Source of the DNA: Bacteriovoracia bacterium
GTDB taxonomy: Bacteria; Bdellovibrionota; UBA1018; JBFWNL01
NCBI GenBank assembly: GCA_050251055.1
Contig: JBFWNL010000001.1
Span: 683,825-747,824 of the forward strand
Length of the DNA: 64,000 bases
Direction: 5' to 3'
Part shown: piece by piece, positions 9,550-20,463 of the stretch
How the letters are laid out: each line of letters opens with the position of its first letter
How positions within the stretch are numbered: the stretch's first letter is position 1
Translations under genes and position numbers: made by a program
The notes under the pieces: generated by a model
The model's database searches: none
What the model saw: only the letters and a program-made list of their open reading frames with translations
What the model was told of the DNA's origin: nothing

Positions 9550-10913
9550 TACCTCGCGCCCCCGGCCGTGCGCGGTCCCACGAGCATCGCGAGTACAAGC
9601 AGGGAATACACTCCGCCCACGGCGATATTTCCATAGGCCGCTCCGGTGAATCCCCCATCCGTTCCCAAGAGTGGGCCGAAGAGGCGGATCGCGAGCGTAT
9701 AGATGAAAATCGCGGCAAATATCCAAACGAAGGAGGTGCGCCAGAAAAATTCCTGGGCCGATCGCCGCAAAACTAGCCATGTGTTCAGCGGAAGGCTGAG
9801 GGTCAGGAGAGCCGAACCTATGACCATACAAATCAACCAGCTTCGCATCACGGCTTGCTCCGTAAGCTCCCAGCGACCTCGCGAGAGAAGGCGCAAAACC
9901 CACGGCGAAGCAATCGCGAACGCAGCGACCTGGCCAATCCCCAACGCAAAAAACAGCCAAGTGAAACGACGGACCTCCAGTCGCTCCCGCGCCGGAGGGA
10001 CCTGCGTGTTGCGCCCCAGCCAAATGGAAAAATAATTGCCGATCGCCAGCGGCAGGGCCTGGGAAAAGTTGGCGAGCTTCAAGGTCGAGGCGTAGAGGCC
10101 AATCTCGCGCGCGGGCAGTCCCAAGGCGCCGAGGATGAAAATATCCATCGTCTGCACCCAACCCCAGATCACGCCCGAAAGATGCTGCCAAAGGGAGAAG
10201 CTACCGATCACCCGCCGCAGGATCGGCCAAACCTCAGCCGTCGCTACTCCCTCTGCCGGAATGCCGGCTTCCCGCTGGGCTTCGCGCGCGGACAAATAAG
10301 CCCAAAGCGCCGTCGCGGCCGCCGAAATCCCCGCCGAGGCACCCAGCGCAAGGAAAAGAGCTTTGGACGGTACGGCACCCCAAATCAGCAACGAAAGCAC
10401 CGTCAGCCCCAAAAGCGTTCCCTTCTGAAAGAGCGTGAGCTGGTTGAGACGCTTGAGCTTCAGAGAGATCCGCAAAAACTCCCGGTCTGGGCCCGACCAT
10501 TGAGGCCCGATCATCAAAAACACCGCCCAGAGGCTCACGCCTAAGCCCAGGTACGGATGGCCGGCCGGAACCGTAAGCCAACTCAGTAAGAACGCGATTA
10601 CCAAACACACGGGAAACTTCCCGTAAGCGAAGCGTCGAAACACGGCCAAGTGCCGGCCTAAGGTCCCTTCCGCGCGCCAGCGTTCGAAATCGCGGTAGAG
10701 CGCCGTTTCGGGACAAAGCAAGAAGAGCAGCACGGGCGCCACCCAAGCCTGGGCCAGGGCTAGCGCGGAAAAGCTTTCGGGAGAAAGCCAGGCGATGAGA
10801 AGCAGAGACGTAGCCGCATCCATCACGCGCGTGAGCACGTGCTCGACCGTATTCAAAACGCCGCTTTTGAGCCACGATGGGGCCGGCGATGGCGGGGGTT
10901 TCACTTCAGTCAT
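9549..10913 (-). CDS. wzx: Wzx-like oligosaccharide flippase
   Basis: About 12 TM segments; MDIFILG...EIGLYA typical of polysaccharide flippases; ATGA overlap with the upstream GT2. Confidence 0.65.
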   Translation of the reverse strand: MTEVKPPPSPAPSWLKSGVLNTVEHVLTRVMDAATSLLLIAWLSPESFSALALAQAWVAPVLLFLLCPETALYRDFERWRAEGTLGRHLAVFRRFAYGKFPVCLVIAFLLSWLTVPAGHPYLGLGVSLWAVFLMIGPQWSGPDREFLRISLKLKRLNQLTLFQKGTLLGLTVLSLLIWGAVPSKALFLALGASAGISAAATALWAYLSAREAQREAGIPAEGVATAEVWPILRRVIGSFSLWQHLSGVIWGWVQTMDIFILGALGLPAREIGLYASTLKLANFSQALPLAIGNYFSIWLGRNTQVPPARERLEVRRFTWLFFALGIGQVAAFAIASPWVLRLLSRGRWELTEQAVMRSWLICMVIGSALLTLSLPLNTWLVLRRSAQEFFWRTSFVWIFAAIFIYTLAIRLFGPLLGTDGGFTGAAYGNIAVGGVYSLLVLAMLVGPRTAGGAR

Positions 10914-11995
10914 CGGCGCTTCAATCTTAACGCGGCTTGCAGCCAAAGACTACGCCTAGGATCAGTTTGGCGGAGAATCTGGCGCGCGAGCCACGCCCCC
11001 ACCGGCATGGTGAAAAGGGGCCCGGCCGCGCGCACGGCCCGCACTTTCAGGCGATCCACGCCGCCGAAACCCGCGAGATCATCGCCCGTGAACTCGCGCG
11101 CAAGCACCTCGAGACGGTAGCCCGCGGACTTTTCCATCGTACCGCGCGCGCAGCGGTTGAGCTCGGCTTGGAACTGGTCGAGGCGGCGCAGAGCATCGGC
11201 CCGACGTTGGTCTGCGGGAGAGAGTGGGCTACGGTCCGCGTACCCACCCAGCACTTCAAAATAATCCGAAGCCCCCGTACGAGCCTGGTCATAACGCGCG
11301 CTCGCCTGCGCGGCTTCGAAGCGCACTTGAATCAGGGGATCCGGCAAAACCGCCATCCGATAGCGGGAAAAGAGCACCCGCAGAAAAAACTCCACGTCGC
11401 CACTTTGCGGGAAGCGCGTGGAAAAATCCCCCAGTTCCTGAAAAATAGAGCGACGATAAAGCGCGGAAGGCGCGAGAAAAAAAGAATTCCCGTGCAGTGA
11501 GAGGTGTCGATAAACCTGCGCCGGATCGAGGAGCGGATGCGCGAGCCCGTCCGGCAACTTCACGGGCCAGAGGACTTCATCCCGGCTGCCGATCCCGGTG
11601 CCGACGGCGGTAACCACGCCGAGCTCGGGATGTTGCTCGAAGAGTTCGATCTGACGGGTGACAAGGGCGGGGTCATACAGATCGTCGGCGTGAAAGAATC
11701 CCACGTAAGGCGCCGTAGATTCAGCAAGGCAGACGTTCATGTGCTCAAAAATACCCGGCGCCCAGCCCGGGCGACGCACTCGCACCTCGAGCCCCCGATT
11801 TGCCGTCAAAAAAGGCAACAGACGCTCCAGGCTTCCGTCGGAGGAGCCATTTTCAGAAACGATGACTTTTTTTGCGAGATAAGTTTGATCTAAGACCGAC
11901 TCAACGCTAGCGACGACCGTCGAGGCCTTTTGGTAGCTCAGCACGAAGAGATCGACGTAGGGCGTCATCAGTGGATGATCTTTACATTTCGCCAT
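10910..11995 (-). CDS. Glycosyltransferase family 2
   Basis: SVESVLDQTY, ENGSSDGS, FFHADDLY (DxD-like), GDVEFFLR. Confidence 0.9.
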   Translation of the reverse strand: MAKCKDHPLMTPYVDLFVLSYQKASTVVASVESVLDQTYLAKKVIVSENGSSDGSLERLLPFLTANRGLEVRVRRPGWAPGIFEHMNVCLAESTAPYVGFFHADDLYDPALVTRQIELFEQHPELGVVTAVGTGIGSRDEVLWPVKLPDGLAHPLLDPAQVYRHLSLHGNSFFLAPSALYRRSIFQELGDFSTRFPQSGDVEFFLRVLFSRYRMAVLPDPLIQVRFEAAQASARYDQARTGASDYFEVLGGYADRSPLSPADQRRADALRRLDQFQAELNRCARGTMEKSAGYRLEVLAREFTGDDLAGFGGVDRLKVRAVRAAGPLFTMPVGAWLARQILRQTDPRRSLWLQAALRLKRR

Positions 11996-12016
11996 GAAAT
12001 AGGCAAGTTGGAGCGC

Positions 12017-13024
12017 ATGTCAGGGTCCACTCCCGCACCTGCCCCCGTACTCGTGACGGGTGGCGCCGGTTACATCGGCAGTCACACCTGCAAGGCCTTG
12101 GCGCGCGCGGGCTACCTGCCCGTCACCTACGACAATCTCGAAACCGGTTTTCGTCACAACGTGAAGTGGGGACCCCTCGAGGAAGGCGATATCCTCGACG
12201 GTACCCGATTACGCGAGGTACTCGCCCGCTACCCATTCGTGGCCGCCCTTCACTTCGCGAGCCTTGTGCGCGTGGATGAGTCCGTGGCGCAGCCAGAGAA
12301 GTATCGGCGGGCGATCGTAGACGGGTCGCGCACGCTCGTGGACGCGCTGCTCGAGACGGGTGTAAGCAAGCTGGTTTTTTCCAGCACGGCCGCGGTGTAC
12401 GGAGCGCCCGAGCTTGCGCCAGGGATACTCATTCGCGAGGACCATCCCAAGGCGCCCATCAATCCTTACGGTCAGTATAAGTGGGAAGTGGAACAGTACC
12501 TCGAAGCCGCCACCACGCGTGGCCTACGCTCGGTGCGGCTGCGCTACTTCAACGCCGCCGGTAGCGATCCGGATGGCGAGCTGACGGAGGAACACAACCC
12601 GCCGTTGCATCTGATTCCAATCATATTCCGCGCCCTGCGGGATGATAAGCCGTTTACGATTTTTGGCGAGGACTATCCCACCAAGGATGGGACCTGTGTG
12701 CGGGACTACATCCATGTCTCCGATTTGGCCGAGGCCCACTTGCTGGCTTTGAAGTACCTGGATGACGCGGGAGCAAGCGCGCCACTCACGCGTGCTTTCA
12801 ACCTGGGGACTGGCGCCGGCTACTCCGTGCGGCAAATTGTGGACGCTTGCCGGAAAACTGCGGCAAAACCGCTGGAAGTGCGGGTAGGCCCCCGGCGGGC
12901 GGGCGATCCGCCTTCGCTGATTGCGGACTCAAGTGGCGCCCAGCGCGAACTCCGGTGGCATCCCCGTCACTCGAGCTTGCCGGAAATCGTGGGATCGGCG
13001 TGGCGAAACACGGCGGGACGTTAG
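12017..13024 (+). CDS. galE: UDP-glucose 4-epimerase
   Basis: VTGGAGYIGSH, FSSTAAVYG, PINPYGQYK, LRYFNAAG, DYPTKDGTCVRDYIHVSDLA, RRAGDP. Confidence 0.92.
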   Translation: MSGSTPAPAPVLVTGGAGYIGSHTCKALARAGYLPVTYDNLETGFRHNVKWGPLEEGDILDGTRLREVLARYPFVAALHFASLVRVDESVAQPEKYRRAIVDGSRTLVDALLETGVSKLVFSSTAAVYGAPELAPGILIREDHPKAPINPYGQYKWEVEQYLEAATTRGLRSVRLRYFNAAGSDPDGELTEEHNPPLHLIPIIFRALRDDKPFTIFGEDYPTKDGTCVRDYIHVSDLAEAHLLALKYLDDAGASAPLTRAFNLGTGAGYSVRQIVDACRKTAAKPLEVRVGPRRAGDPPSLIADSSGAQRELRWHPRHSSLPEIVGSAWRNTAGR

Positions 13025-13782
13025 AAGCGCCAAACCGAGAGCAGGGATTGGCCGAGCGGTAAACGCAACACCTTATGGGCAAAGTCGTCGAACGGCGCCA
13101 CCCACGGACAGATTTTTTCGAAGGCTTCTACCGCGCCAGCGCCGATTTCTTTCTTTTTTAGCACTCGCCCCATCATCCACCAGCCCGGCAGGCCCACGGC
13201 GTTGAAGTAGCGCATCTCCTCGATGCGGGCATCGGGCGCGTGCGTGCGGGCAAGTTTGCGTAACATACCGGCGCTGTAACGGCGGAAGTGGCCAAAGGCC
13301 TGATCAACGCTGCCAAACGCCCACGGATGGGCGGGCACGAACAAGATCAAGCGGCGGGGGCCCAAGGCCTGAGAGTTTCGCAGAATCTGCGCTTGAGCGG
13401 CGATGGCGCGGCCATCGTCCTGAATGTGCTCGAGCATGTTGAAAGAAACGATGGTGTCTAGATTTTCGCTCGCAAACCGGGCGGGGTCGTCCTGCAGGAG
13501 GTCGAAGCGGTCGGTGGAAATTTTCTTCTGCAGGTCGGGGGCGTGCCACGTCGCGAGGTCACGTTGGAGGATTTCTAAGAGGCTCGCCTCGTACTCCGTA
13601 AGGATGAGGCGTTCGCGCACGGGCAAATGACGCGACATGTTGCCAATGCCGGCGCCCATTTCCAAAATACGCTGTCCCAAGTAGGGCTGCACGGCCGAGG
13701 TCGCCCACTTTTGGTAGGCGTGGGCGCGGGAGAGGGATTGGAGCTCAAAGGGAACGGTGGCGGAGAGAGAATCGGCCGACAT
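13021..13782 (-). CDS. Class I SAM-dependent methyltransferase
   Basis: ILEMGAGIGN (motif I), NMLEHIQDD, VPAH...DQAFGHFRRYS. Confidence 0.85.
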   Translation of the reverse strand: MSADSLSATVPFELQSLSRAHAYQKWATSAVQPYLGQRILEMGAGIGNMSRHLPVRERLILTEYEASLLEILQRDLATWHAPDLQKKISTDRFDLLQDDPARFASENLDTIVSFNMLEHIQDDGRAIAAQAQILRNSQALGPRRLILFVPAHPWAFGSVDQAFGHFRRYSAGMLRKLARTHAPDARIEEMRYFNAVGLPGWWMMGRVLKKKEIGAGAVEAFEKICPWVAPFDDFAHKVLRLPLGQSLLSVWRF

Positions 13783-13886
13783 GGCGGTGACCGTATGCGA
13801 GCGATGACGGGTTTTCAAGCGATTTAGCCTTGTCGATCCATCGTGGACCTTGTCCAAGGTCGCCAGGTCGGGTAAGGATCTCTAAC

Positions 13887-14651
13887 GTGAGCGCCCAAAA
13901 ACTGTCCATCGTCATTCCGGTCTATAACGAGGAAAAACACCTGCGCGAAGTCGTGCACTTCCTGATGGAGTCACCCTGTCCCATCGAACGCGAGTGGATC
14001 TTCATCGACGACTGCTCCCGAGACGGCAGCCTGGCAATCTTGGAAGAGCTGTCCAAACAGTACAGCTTCCGCGTGATTCGCCAGAATCCCAATCAAGGCA
14101 AAGGCGCCGCGGTCATCCGGGGATTCCAGGAGGCCACCGGCGACATCATCATGATCCAGGACGCGGATTTCGAGTATGACCCCCGCGACGTGCCCGCATT
14201 GCTGATCCCAATCCTCGAGAACAAAGCGGACGTGGTCTACGGCAGCCGCTTCAAGAAAAGCGCCTACCAAGTCCACCGCACCTACCACTACTTCGTGAAC
14301 CGTTTTCTCACCGTGATGAGCAACCTGATGTCGGGCATCTACCTGACCGACATGGAAACCTGCTACAAGATCTTCCGCGCCGACATCTTGAAGGCGATGA
14401 ACCTGAAATCCCAGCGCTTCGGCATCGAAGTGGAGCTTACCGCTTACCTCGCGAAAGTGCGGCCAAGGATATACGAACTTCCCATAAACTATTACCCGCG
14501 CACCCAACTACAGGGGAAGAAGATCAACTGGAAGGATGGCGTGGCGGCGCTTTGGCATCTGATGCGCTTCAATTGGTTCACCCCCGTCGATCGGGCTTAT
14601 ACCCGGTTGCCGGAGCATTACTTCCAACGAGCAATCAAGCAATTCACATGA
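13887..14651 (+). CDS. Glycosyltransferase family 2, DPM1/polyprenol-phosphate glycosyltransferase-like
   Basis: LSIVIPVYNEE, IDDCSRDGS, NQGKGAA, QDADFEYDP, VYGSRF, TDMETCYK, FGIEVE, GKKINWKDG. Confidence 0.92.
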   Translation: MSAQKLSIVIPVYNEEKHLREVVHFLMESPCPIEREWIFIDDCSRDGSLAILEELSKQYSFRVIRQNPNQGKGAAVIRGFQEATGDIIMIQDADFEYDPRDVPALLIPILENKADVVYGSRFKKSAYQVHRTYHYFVNRFLTVMSNLMSGIYLTDMETCYKIFRADILKAMNLKSQRFGIEVELTAYLAKVRPRIYELPINYYPRTQLQGKKINWKDGVAALWHLMRFNWFTPVDRAYTRLPEHYFQRAIKQFT

Positions 14652-15970
14652 ATGCGCCCAAGCGCCCGACGTTGGATTGGATCGTGGCGATCATCCTTGC
14701 CCTGGGAATCCTCCCCTCCTTCACAGCCGGAACTCGCGCGCTCGCCGAGCTTTCCCCCGTTTTCGGGATCGCCGGACCCTTAAACGCAGTCAAACTCGGA
14801 ATCCCGATATTGCTTTACTACGCTTGGACACGACGAAAGGAGATGCCGAAACATGCCCGCACCCTTGGAATCGCCGCCGTCTTGATCGGCTCCGCTAGTA
14901 CGCTCGTAGCGGCGATTCCTTGCGAGATGCCGACCGCTTTCCTACGAGATTGGGCCGCCACCCTCTTCGGAGGGCTGGCCGGATTCTGCCTTTGTTTACT
15001 ACCCAAGCGGCCAGCGAGTTTCGTGCTCTACGCGATTGCCGCCTTGGTACTTGGCTCCGCGGCATTAGACTTGGTCTCACCATCGGCCGTGGACTGGCTG
15101 CTGCAAAATTTCTTCGATCCTAAGACGAACGCTCAATATGTTTCAGAGAGTAAGCACCGGTTGCTCGGCGGCATTTTCGGAAAACAGTCTTTGGCCAAGC
15201 TGCTCGCTTGGGTACCTGCGCTGGTCGCCCTCGCCTGGGTCCGTACGCGCGCGGTCCGTACCTTTCCGCCCGGACCCGCATCCGCGATACTAGCACTTTC
15301 GTTCGCCTGTATATCGCTCAGTTTAGCGACCACTCAACGCGGGCCGTTTGTGGCGGGCATCGCAGGCCTTGCCATCGCTATTGTTCATTACCTACGCCAT
15401 CACCGTGTGCCGAGCCTGAGCCGTAAGCGGTTATGGGCCGCCTTCGCGGGAGGCCTTGCCATCTGCGTCGCTGCTGCGTTCCTGATCTTACCGACCGACA
15501 TCCTTTCGGTACGCCTGAAGTCCCTCCTCTGGCTAAACCAGGGTGTGGAACCCAGCTCCCTGGGTTACACCGCCGACGGGAACCGAGACATGCGGATCCG
15601 CGCTACACTCTTTTCACTCGATAAGATTCGACAAAACCCGCTGGGCGACGCCTGTATTCCCTGGAACGACTTCAATGTGTATGCTCTCGAGTTTAGCCAC
15701 GCCCACAGCTTGATCCTCGAGCAACTTCGCTCGCGCGGTTGGATCTGGGGAATCCTACATCTTCTCCTCTGGGTCCTCGCTTGGCTGCGGGCTTGGCGCG
15801 ATCCAACCCTGGAGGCGACATTGATCCTTGCCGCCGTCACCACGACCTGGGTGTTAGGCCTCTTTGACCACCCCTGGTGGGTCATCAATCAGGCGATGGT
15901 GCTGAGCTTCATCCTCTTCAGCGGCCTGGCCTGCGGAAAGCCGACCCCAGAGCCACGCAACCAGTCATAG
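14648..15970 (+). CDS. O-antigen ligase/polymerase-like (Wzy_C) membrane protein
   Basis: Polytopic; TTQRG motif, periplasmic loop with R...NPLG and HAHS, C-terminal LFDHPW. Start at 14648 overlaps the GT2 stop (ATGA). Confidence 0.65.
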   Translation: MNAPKRPTLDWIVAIILALGILPSFTAGTRALAELSPVFGIAGPLNAVKLGIPILLYYAWTRRKEMPKHARTLGIAAVLIGSASTLVAAIPCEMPTAFLRDWAATLFGGLAGFCLCLLPKRPASFVLYAIAALVLGSAALDLVSPSAVDWLLQNFFDPKTNAQYVSESKHRLLGGIFGKQSLAKLLAWVPALVALAWVRTRAVRTFPPGPASAILALSFACISLSLATTQRGPFVAGIAGLAIAIVHYLRHHRVPSLSRKRLWAAFAGGLAICVAAAFLILPTDILSVRLKSLLWLNQGVEPSSLGYTADGNRDMRIRATLFSLDKIRQNPLGDACIPWNDFNVYALEFSHAHSLILEQLRSRGWIWGILHLLLWVLAWLRAWRDPTLEATLILAAVTTTWVLGLFDHPWWVINQAMVLSFILFSGLACGKPTPEPRNQS

Positions 15971-16039
15971 CGCCCTTCGGTTCGCATCCGCTGCCTAAAT
16001 TCCCTTGCCGTTCGGTCCCGAGCAGTTTATTCAAGCCCA

Positions 16040-17053
16040 ATGTCCAACACTAAACGCGCATTAATTACCGGAATTACTGGGCAAGATGGCTCATACCTGA
16101 CTGAACTACTCTTAGAAAAGGGGTACGAAGTTCACGGTCTCATCCGCCGCTCGAGCTCTTTTAATACGGGTCGTATCGACCACCTTTACCAAGATCCCCA
16201 CATCCACGGTACCCGGCTCTTCCTCCATTACGGCGACCTTTCCGATTCCACCGGATTGAACCGCGTACTCCGGAAAATCAAACCGAACGAGATCTACAAT
16301 CTCGGCGCCCAAAGCCATGTGAAAGTCAGCTTCGACGTTCCGGAATACACCGCCGACATCACTGGTACCGGTACGATCCGCCTGCTCGACGCGATCCTCG
16401 ATACCGGCATCGACACCAAGTTCTACCAAGCCTCTAGCTCCGAAATGTTCGGCAAAGTGATGGAAGTCCCCCAGAAGGAAACCACGCCCTTTTATCCGCG
16501 CAGTCCATACGGTTGTGCGAAGGTTTACTCTTATTGGATCACGGTGAACTACCGGGAAGCCTACAATATCCACGCTTCGAATGGGATTCTGTTCAACCAC
16601 GAGTCCCCGCGCCGCGGACAAACCTTCGTCACCCGTAAGATCACGCGCGCCTTGGGCGAGATTCTCGCGGGACGCCAAAAGGACCTCTACCTCGGCAATC
16701 TCGATGCCAAGCGCGACTGGGGTCACGCCAAGGACTACGTCGAAGCCATGTGGCTCATGCTCCAGGCTCCGCAGGGTGACGACTACGTGGTCGCCACCGG
16801 CGAAACGCATTCCGTCCGCGAATTCCTGGAGCTTGCCTTCGGATTCGTAGGGCTGGATTGGAACAAGCACGTGAAAATCGATCCGAAGTATTTCCGCCCG
16901 ACCGAAGTGGATCTCCTCATCGGAGACGCGACGAAAGCCAAGCAGAAGCTCGGCTGGAAACCGAAGATCTCCTTCCCCGAACTCGTGAAAGTGATGGTCG
17001 CCGAGGACGTTCGTAAAGCCGGGCTGGATCCACTCAAATACATGGTAAAATAG
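16040..17053 (+). CDS. gmd: GDP-mannose 4,6-dehydratase
   Basis: [73 protein letters not shown]. Confidence 0.97.
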   Translation: MSNTKRALITGITGQDGSYLTELLLEKGYEVHGLIRRSSSFNTGRIDHLYQDPHIHGTRLFLHYGDLSDSTGLNRVLRKIKPNEIYNLGAQSHVKVSFDVPEYTADITGTGTIRLLDAILDTGIDTKFYQASSSEMFGKVMEVPQKETTPFYPRSPYGCAKVYSYWITVNYREAYNIHASNGILFNHESPRRGQTFVTRKITRALGEILAGRQKDLYLGNLDAKRDWGHAKDYVEAMWLMLQAPQGDDYVVATGETHSVREFLELAFGFVGLDWNKHVKIDPKYFRPTEVDLLIGDATKAKQKLGWKPKISFPELVKVMVAEDVRKAGLDPLKYMVK

Positions 17054-17059
17054 CGGCTC

Positions 17060-18493
17060 ATGCTCAAGAACCGCGCCGAGCAAATCCATGTCCTGGTTCG
17101 CTCCATGGATGTCGTCCTTTGCGCGGCCGCTTTCGTCACCGCTTACTATTTGCGCGATGCCCGGATCTTCGACTTGGGGTTGGGTACGCTTCCCGCTATC
17201 GAATCACTCACGTGGATGCTCGGGGCAAGCGTAGTCATCCATTTCATCCTTTACCCCGCTTTTGGGTTTTACCAATCGCTAAGGCTCAAGCGTATTTCCG
17301 ATATCATCTTGATGGTGATGAAAGCGGCGCTCGCGGAAGTCGCGATTCTAGGGAGCCTCATTTTTATACTGCAGGCCAAGACCACGTCGCGTTACTTTTT
17401 TGTGCTTTTTCTTGGACTCAACTATGCATTCATCCTAGTTGAACGCCTCTCCGCGCGCATCGCGCTCTCCTCGGTGCGCCGGCGCGGATACAACTATAGA
17501 CGCGTGTTGATTGCCGGTACGGGTGTAAACGCCCGCCGCGTGATTGAGAGTCTGCATCGTAATCGGCACTGGGGTTATTTACCAAGCGGTCTACTACGTG
17601 AGCAAAGCTCACCGCTTCCGGAAGGACCGGGCTCTCTCGATGGCGTTCCGGTGGTAGGCACGGTCGCCGACTTGGAAAAACTCATCCATGAAATCGCCGT
17701 AGACGAAGTATACTTTGCGCTCGACCGTATCGACTCCGACGAAGTGAGCCGACAGGTTACCCTCTGTGAAACGCTCGGCATCCCGGCCCGCTTCTCGCTT
17801 GCGCTTTTTGATCTTCCCGCCTCGAAAGTCACGTTTTCCACGCTGGATCACTTACCCATCGTGACTTTCTACCGTAACCTAATGACCCCGTTCGAAGCGC
17901 TCATTAAGCGCTCCACAGATATCTTCATCTCGATCATTGGCCTCCTCATCACTGGCGCCGTCCTACCCTGGATCGCCTGGCGCATCCGTCGCGAAAGCCC
18001 GGGATCGGTCATCTTCAAGCAGGTCCGGGTCGGCGAAAACGGCCGGCGATTCAAATGCTACAAATTCCGCACGATGTATTTGGACGCCGAAGCACGCAAG
18101 CACGAACTCGCAGGGAAGAACCAAATGCAGGGTCCGATCTTTAAGATCGACAACGATCCGCGCATCACCCCGTTTGGGGCCTTTCTGCGTCGAACCTCGC
18201 TTGATGAGCTTCCTCAGTTCTTCAATATCCTGCGCGGGGATATGAGCGTGGTCGGCACGCGTCCGCCGACGCCCGATGAAGTAAGCCGCTATGAAACACA
18301 CTTCCGCCGGCGCCTCAGTATCCGGCCAGGCCTTACCGGACTTTGGCAGGTCAGCGGAAGGAATCAAATCACGCGTTTTGAAGATATCTTAGCCTTGGAT
18401 CTTCAGTATATCGATCGCTGGTCTATTTGGCTCGATTTTCAGATCATCGCGCGCACGATTTGGGTGACCCTCTTCGGTCGGGGAGCCTACTGA
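17060..18493 (+). CDS. Undecaprenyl-phosphate sugar-1-phosphate transferase (WcaJ/WbaP-type initiating enzyme)
   Basis: Four N-terminal TMs plus Bac_transf domain: KRSTDI, YKFRTM, DPRIT, LRRTSLDELPQFFNILRGDMSVVGTRP, PGLTGLWQVSGRN. Confidence 0.93.
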   Translation: MLKNRAEQIHVLVRSMDVVLCAAAFVTAYYLRDARIFDLGLGTLPAIESLTWMLGASVVIHFILYPAFGFYQSLRLKRISDIILMVMKAALAEVAILGSLIFILQAKTTSRYFFVLFLGLNYAFILVERLSARIALSSVRRRGYNYRRVLIAGTGVNARRVIESLHRNRHWGYLPSGLLREQSSPLPEGPGSLDGVPVVGTVADLEKLIHEIAVDEVYFALDRIDSDEVSRQVTLCETLGIPARFSLALFDLPASKVTFSTLDHLPIVTFYRNLMTPFEALIKRSTDIFISIIGLLITGAVLPWIAWRIRRESPGSVIFKQVRVGENGRRFKCYKFRTMYLDAEARKHELAGKNQMQGPIFKIDNDPRITPFGAFLRRTSLDELPQFFNILRGDMSVVGTRPPTPDEVSRYETHFRRRLSIRPGLTGLWQVSGRNQITRFEDILALDLQYIDRWSIWLDFQIIARTIWVTLFGRGAY

Positions 18494-19270
18494 ATGGGTG
18501 CCGAGACCATGGCCAACCATACGCGGGTGATCGGCGTACGGATCTCGCGCCGCAGCCTTAGCGAAACCCTAGAAGCCGTACTTCGCCGCGTTTCGGAAAA
18601 ACGGGGTGGCTTTGCCTGCTTCGTGAACGTACATTTAGCAACAGAGTACCAAAGCAATCCCGCTCTCCGTTCAGCCCTCGATGAAGCGTGGTTGAATGCG
18701 GCCGACGGCGTACCCCTGAAATGGGTGTCGCGGCTCAAGGGGCAAGCCGTACGCAGTCGTGTCTGCGGTCCCGACTTTTTCCGTCTCTTTTTAGAGACTC
18801 AAAACGACTACGAAATGGCTTTTTTGGGCTCGACGCCGTCCGTGTTAAAGGCACTCGCGAGTCACTTCGGATTGTCTCACGTCCCTGCCTACAGTCCCCC
18901 AATCCGGGGCTTCTCGGTAGCCAACGCCAAAGAAGACTGGGAAGCATTGCTGGATCGATGCCCCGGCCGCCGCCCGCCCGCCGTGGTGTGGGTCGGCCTG
19001 GGCGCACCAAAGCAGGAACTCTGGATGCAGGCGGTGTCCCGTATCGCTCCCCAGACTCTTTTCTTCGGGGTCGGAGCCGCCTTTGACTTCTTGTCCGGCA
19101 ACAAACCACGCGCCCCGAAGTGGATGCAACGAGCCGGGCTGGAATGGCTCCATCGGCTGGGTAGCGAGCCCGGTCGCCTGTGGAGGCGCTACCTCACGAC
19201 GAATACACGCTTTGTTTGGCTAGCGACCCGCGATATTCTGGGGTCATGGCCACCCGGCCGATCAGGATGA
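18494..19270 (+). CDS. WecG/TagA/CpsF family glycosyltransferase (GT26)
   Basis: ADGVPL, RVCGPD, VWVGLGAPKQE, GVGAAFDF, RAPKWMQRAGLEWLHRL...EPGRLWRRY. Confidence 0.93.
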   Translation: MGAETMANHTRVIGVRISRRSLSETLEAVLRRVSEKRGGFACFVNVHLATEYQSNPALRSALDEAWLNAADGVPLKWVSRLKGQAVRSRVCGPDFFRLFLETQNDYEMAFLGSTPSVLKALASHFGLSHVPAYSPPIRGFSVANAKEDWEALLDRCPGRRPPAVVWVGLGAPKQELWMQAVSRIAPQTLFFGVGAAFDFLSGNKPRAPKWMQRAGLEWLHRLGSEPGRLWRRYLTTNTRFVWLATRDILGSWPPGRSG

Positions 19271-20463
19271 AGGTACTCGTCGCCCACAACTCCTACCAAG
19301 TACCCGGCGGGGAAGATATTGCCGTCGAAAACGACCTCACGCTTTTGCGCTCCCAAGGTCATGAAGTGGATGCGTACTTTGTTTCGAATCTGTCGATCGG
19401 AACTCCCGGTAACAGCTCGGCAAGGGTCGCGCGGGAACTCACGCACTCCGCGCGGCAATACGCCCTAATTGTCGATCGTCTCGCGCAGTTTCGGCCCGAT
19501 GTCGTCCATGTCCACAACACTTTTCCATTGATCACGCCTGCGATCTACCTAGCTTGCGCCGACGCGGGGATACCCGTTGTGCAAACCCTGCACAACTATC
19601 GTCCGCTCTGCGCAAATGCACTCCTGCTACGTGATGGAAAACCCTGCGACCTTTGCGTAACCGCTTCCCCCTATATAGGAAGCTGGTTCGGCTGCTACCG
19701 AGGCTCGCGCTTAGCAACGCTTCCCGTCTCGCACCTGATTGCCCAGCAACGCCGCACGGACGGCTGGCGCCACATAAGGCGCTTCATCGCTCCATCTACG
19801 TTCGTGAAGCAAAAATTCATCGCCGGGGGATTCCCTGCCCATAAGATTACCGTAAAGCCGCATTACGTTCCCGATCCGTTTCCCAACTGGAGCTCGAGGC
19901 CAGACCCAGACTCTGCGGGACCGTCTTTCGTTTACGTAGGGCGGTTGAGCGCGGAGAAAGGCGTGACCCATTTGCTCGGTGCTTGGCGTGAACTTCCTCG
20001 GAATTTCCGTCTGAAAATGCTCGTTCGCCGACCCGCGAACCCGTCCGGTGAATTTACCGAATTCCTACGGGAGATCGAAGCGGCGCGCGGCGCGGGACTC
20101 GCCATTGAACTCGTCGAATCGGCGGATCGCACCGAACTCTTCCGGCAGATTCACGCGGCCGATTTTTCAATTCACCCGTCTCTTTGTTACGAAACATTTG
20201 GGCTGAGCGTGGCAGAATCTTTCGCTTCCGGCACGCCGACGATTGTTACCCGTCACGGCGCCTTGGCCGAGCTCGTGGCGGAGAATCAAACGGGTTTCTT
20301 GGTGCCGCCCCACGATGCTCCCACCTTGGCAAAGACGCTGCAACGGGCGGCCCAGGCGGACCGGGCAAAAATGTCGGCGGAGTCGCGCGCGTACTTCGAG
20401 GCGCATTTCACGCCAAAGCACCAGATCCAGGCCTTACTGGAGATTTATCGTGCCCCCCTCTAA
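19267..20463 (+). CDS. Glycosyltransferase family 4
   Basis: HNSYQVPGGED, HVHNTFPLITP, QTLHNYRPLC, YVGRLSAEKG, PSLCYETFGLSVAE. Confidence 0.92.
   Translation: MKVLVAHNSYQVPGGEDIAVENDLTLLRSQGHEVDAYFVSNLSIGTPGNSSARVARELTHSARQYALIVDRLAQFRPDVVHVHNTFPLITPAIYLACADAGIPVVQTLHNYRPLCANALLLRDGKPCDLCVTASPYIGSWFGCYRGSRLATLPVSHLIAQQRRTDGWRHIRRFIAPSTFVKQKFIAGGFPAHKITVKPHYVPDPFPNWSSRPDPDSAGPSFVYVGRLSAEKGVTHLLGAWRELPRNFRLKMLVRRPANPSGEFTEFLREIEAARGAGLAIELVESADRTELFRQIHAADFSIHPSLCYETFGLSVAESFASGTPTIVTRHGALAELVAENQTGFLVPPHDAPTLAKTLQRAAQADRAKMSAESRAYFEAHFTPKHQIQALLEIYRAPL

Noticed and set aside
8613-9776. 387-aa Arg/Pro-rich + strand ORF
   Set aside because: Antisense to the GT4; composition typical of a non-coding frame.
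9550-10191. N-terminal extension of track ORF 8506..10191 suggesting a fusion
   Set aside because: Overlaps the flippase in another frame; the GT4 starts at 9549.
16112-17089. 325-aa ORF antisense to gmd
   Set aside because: Shadow of a highly conserved, codon-biased gene.
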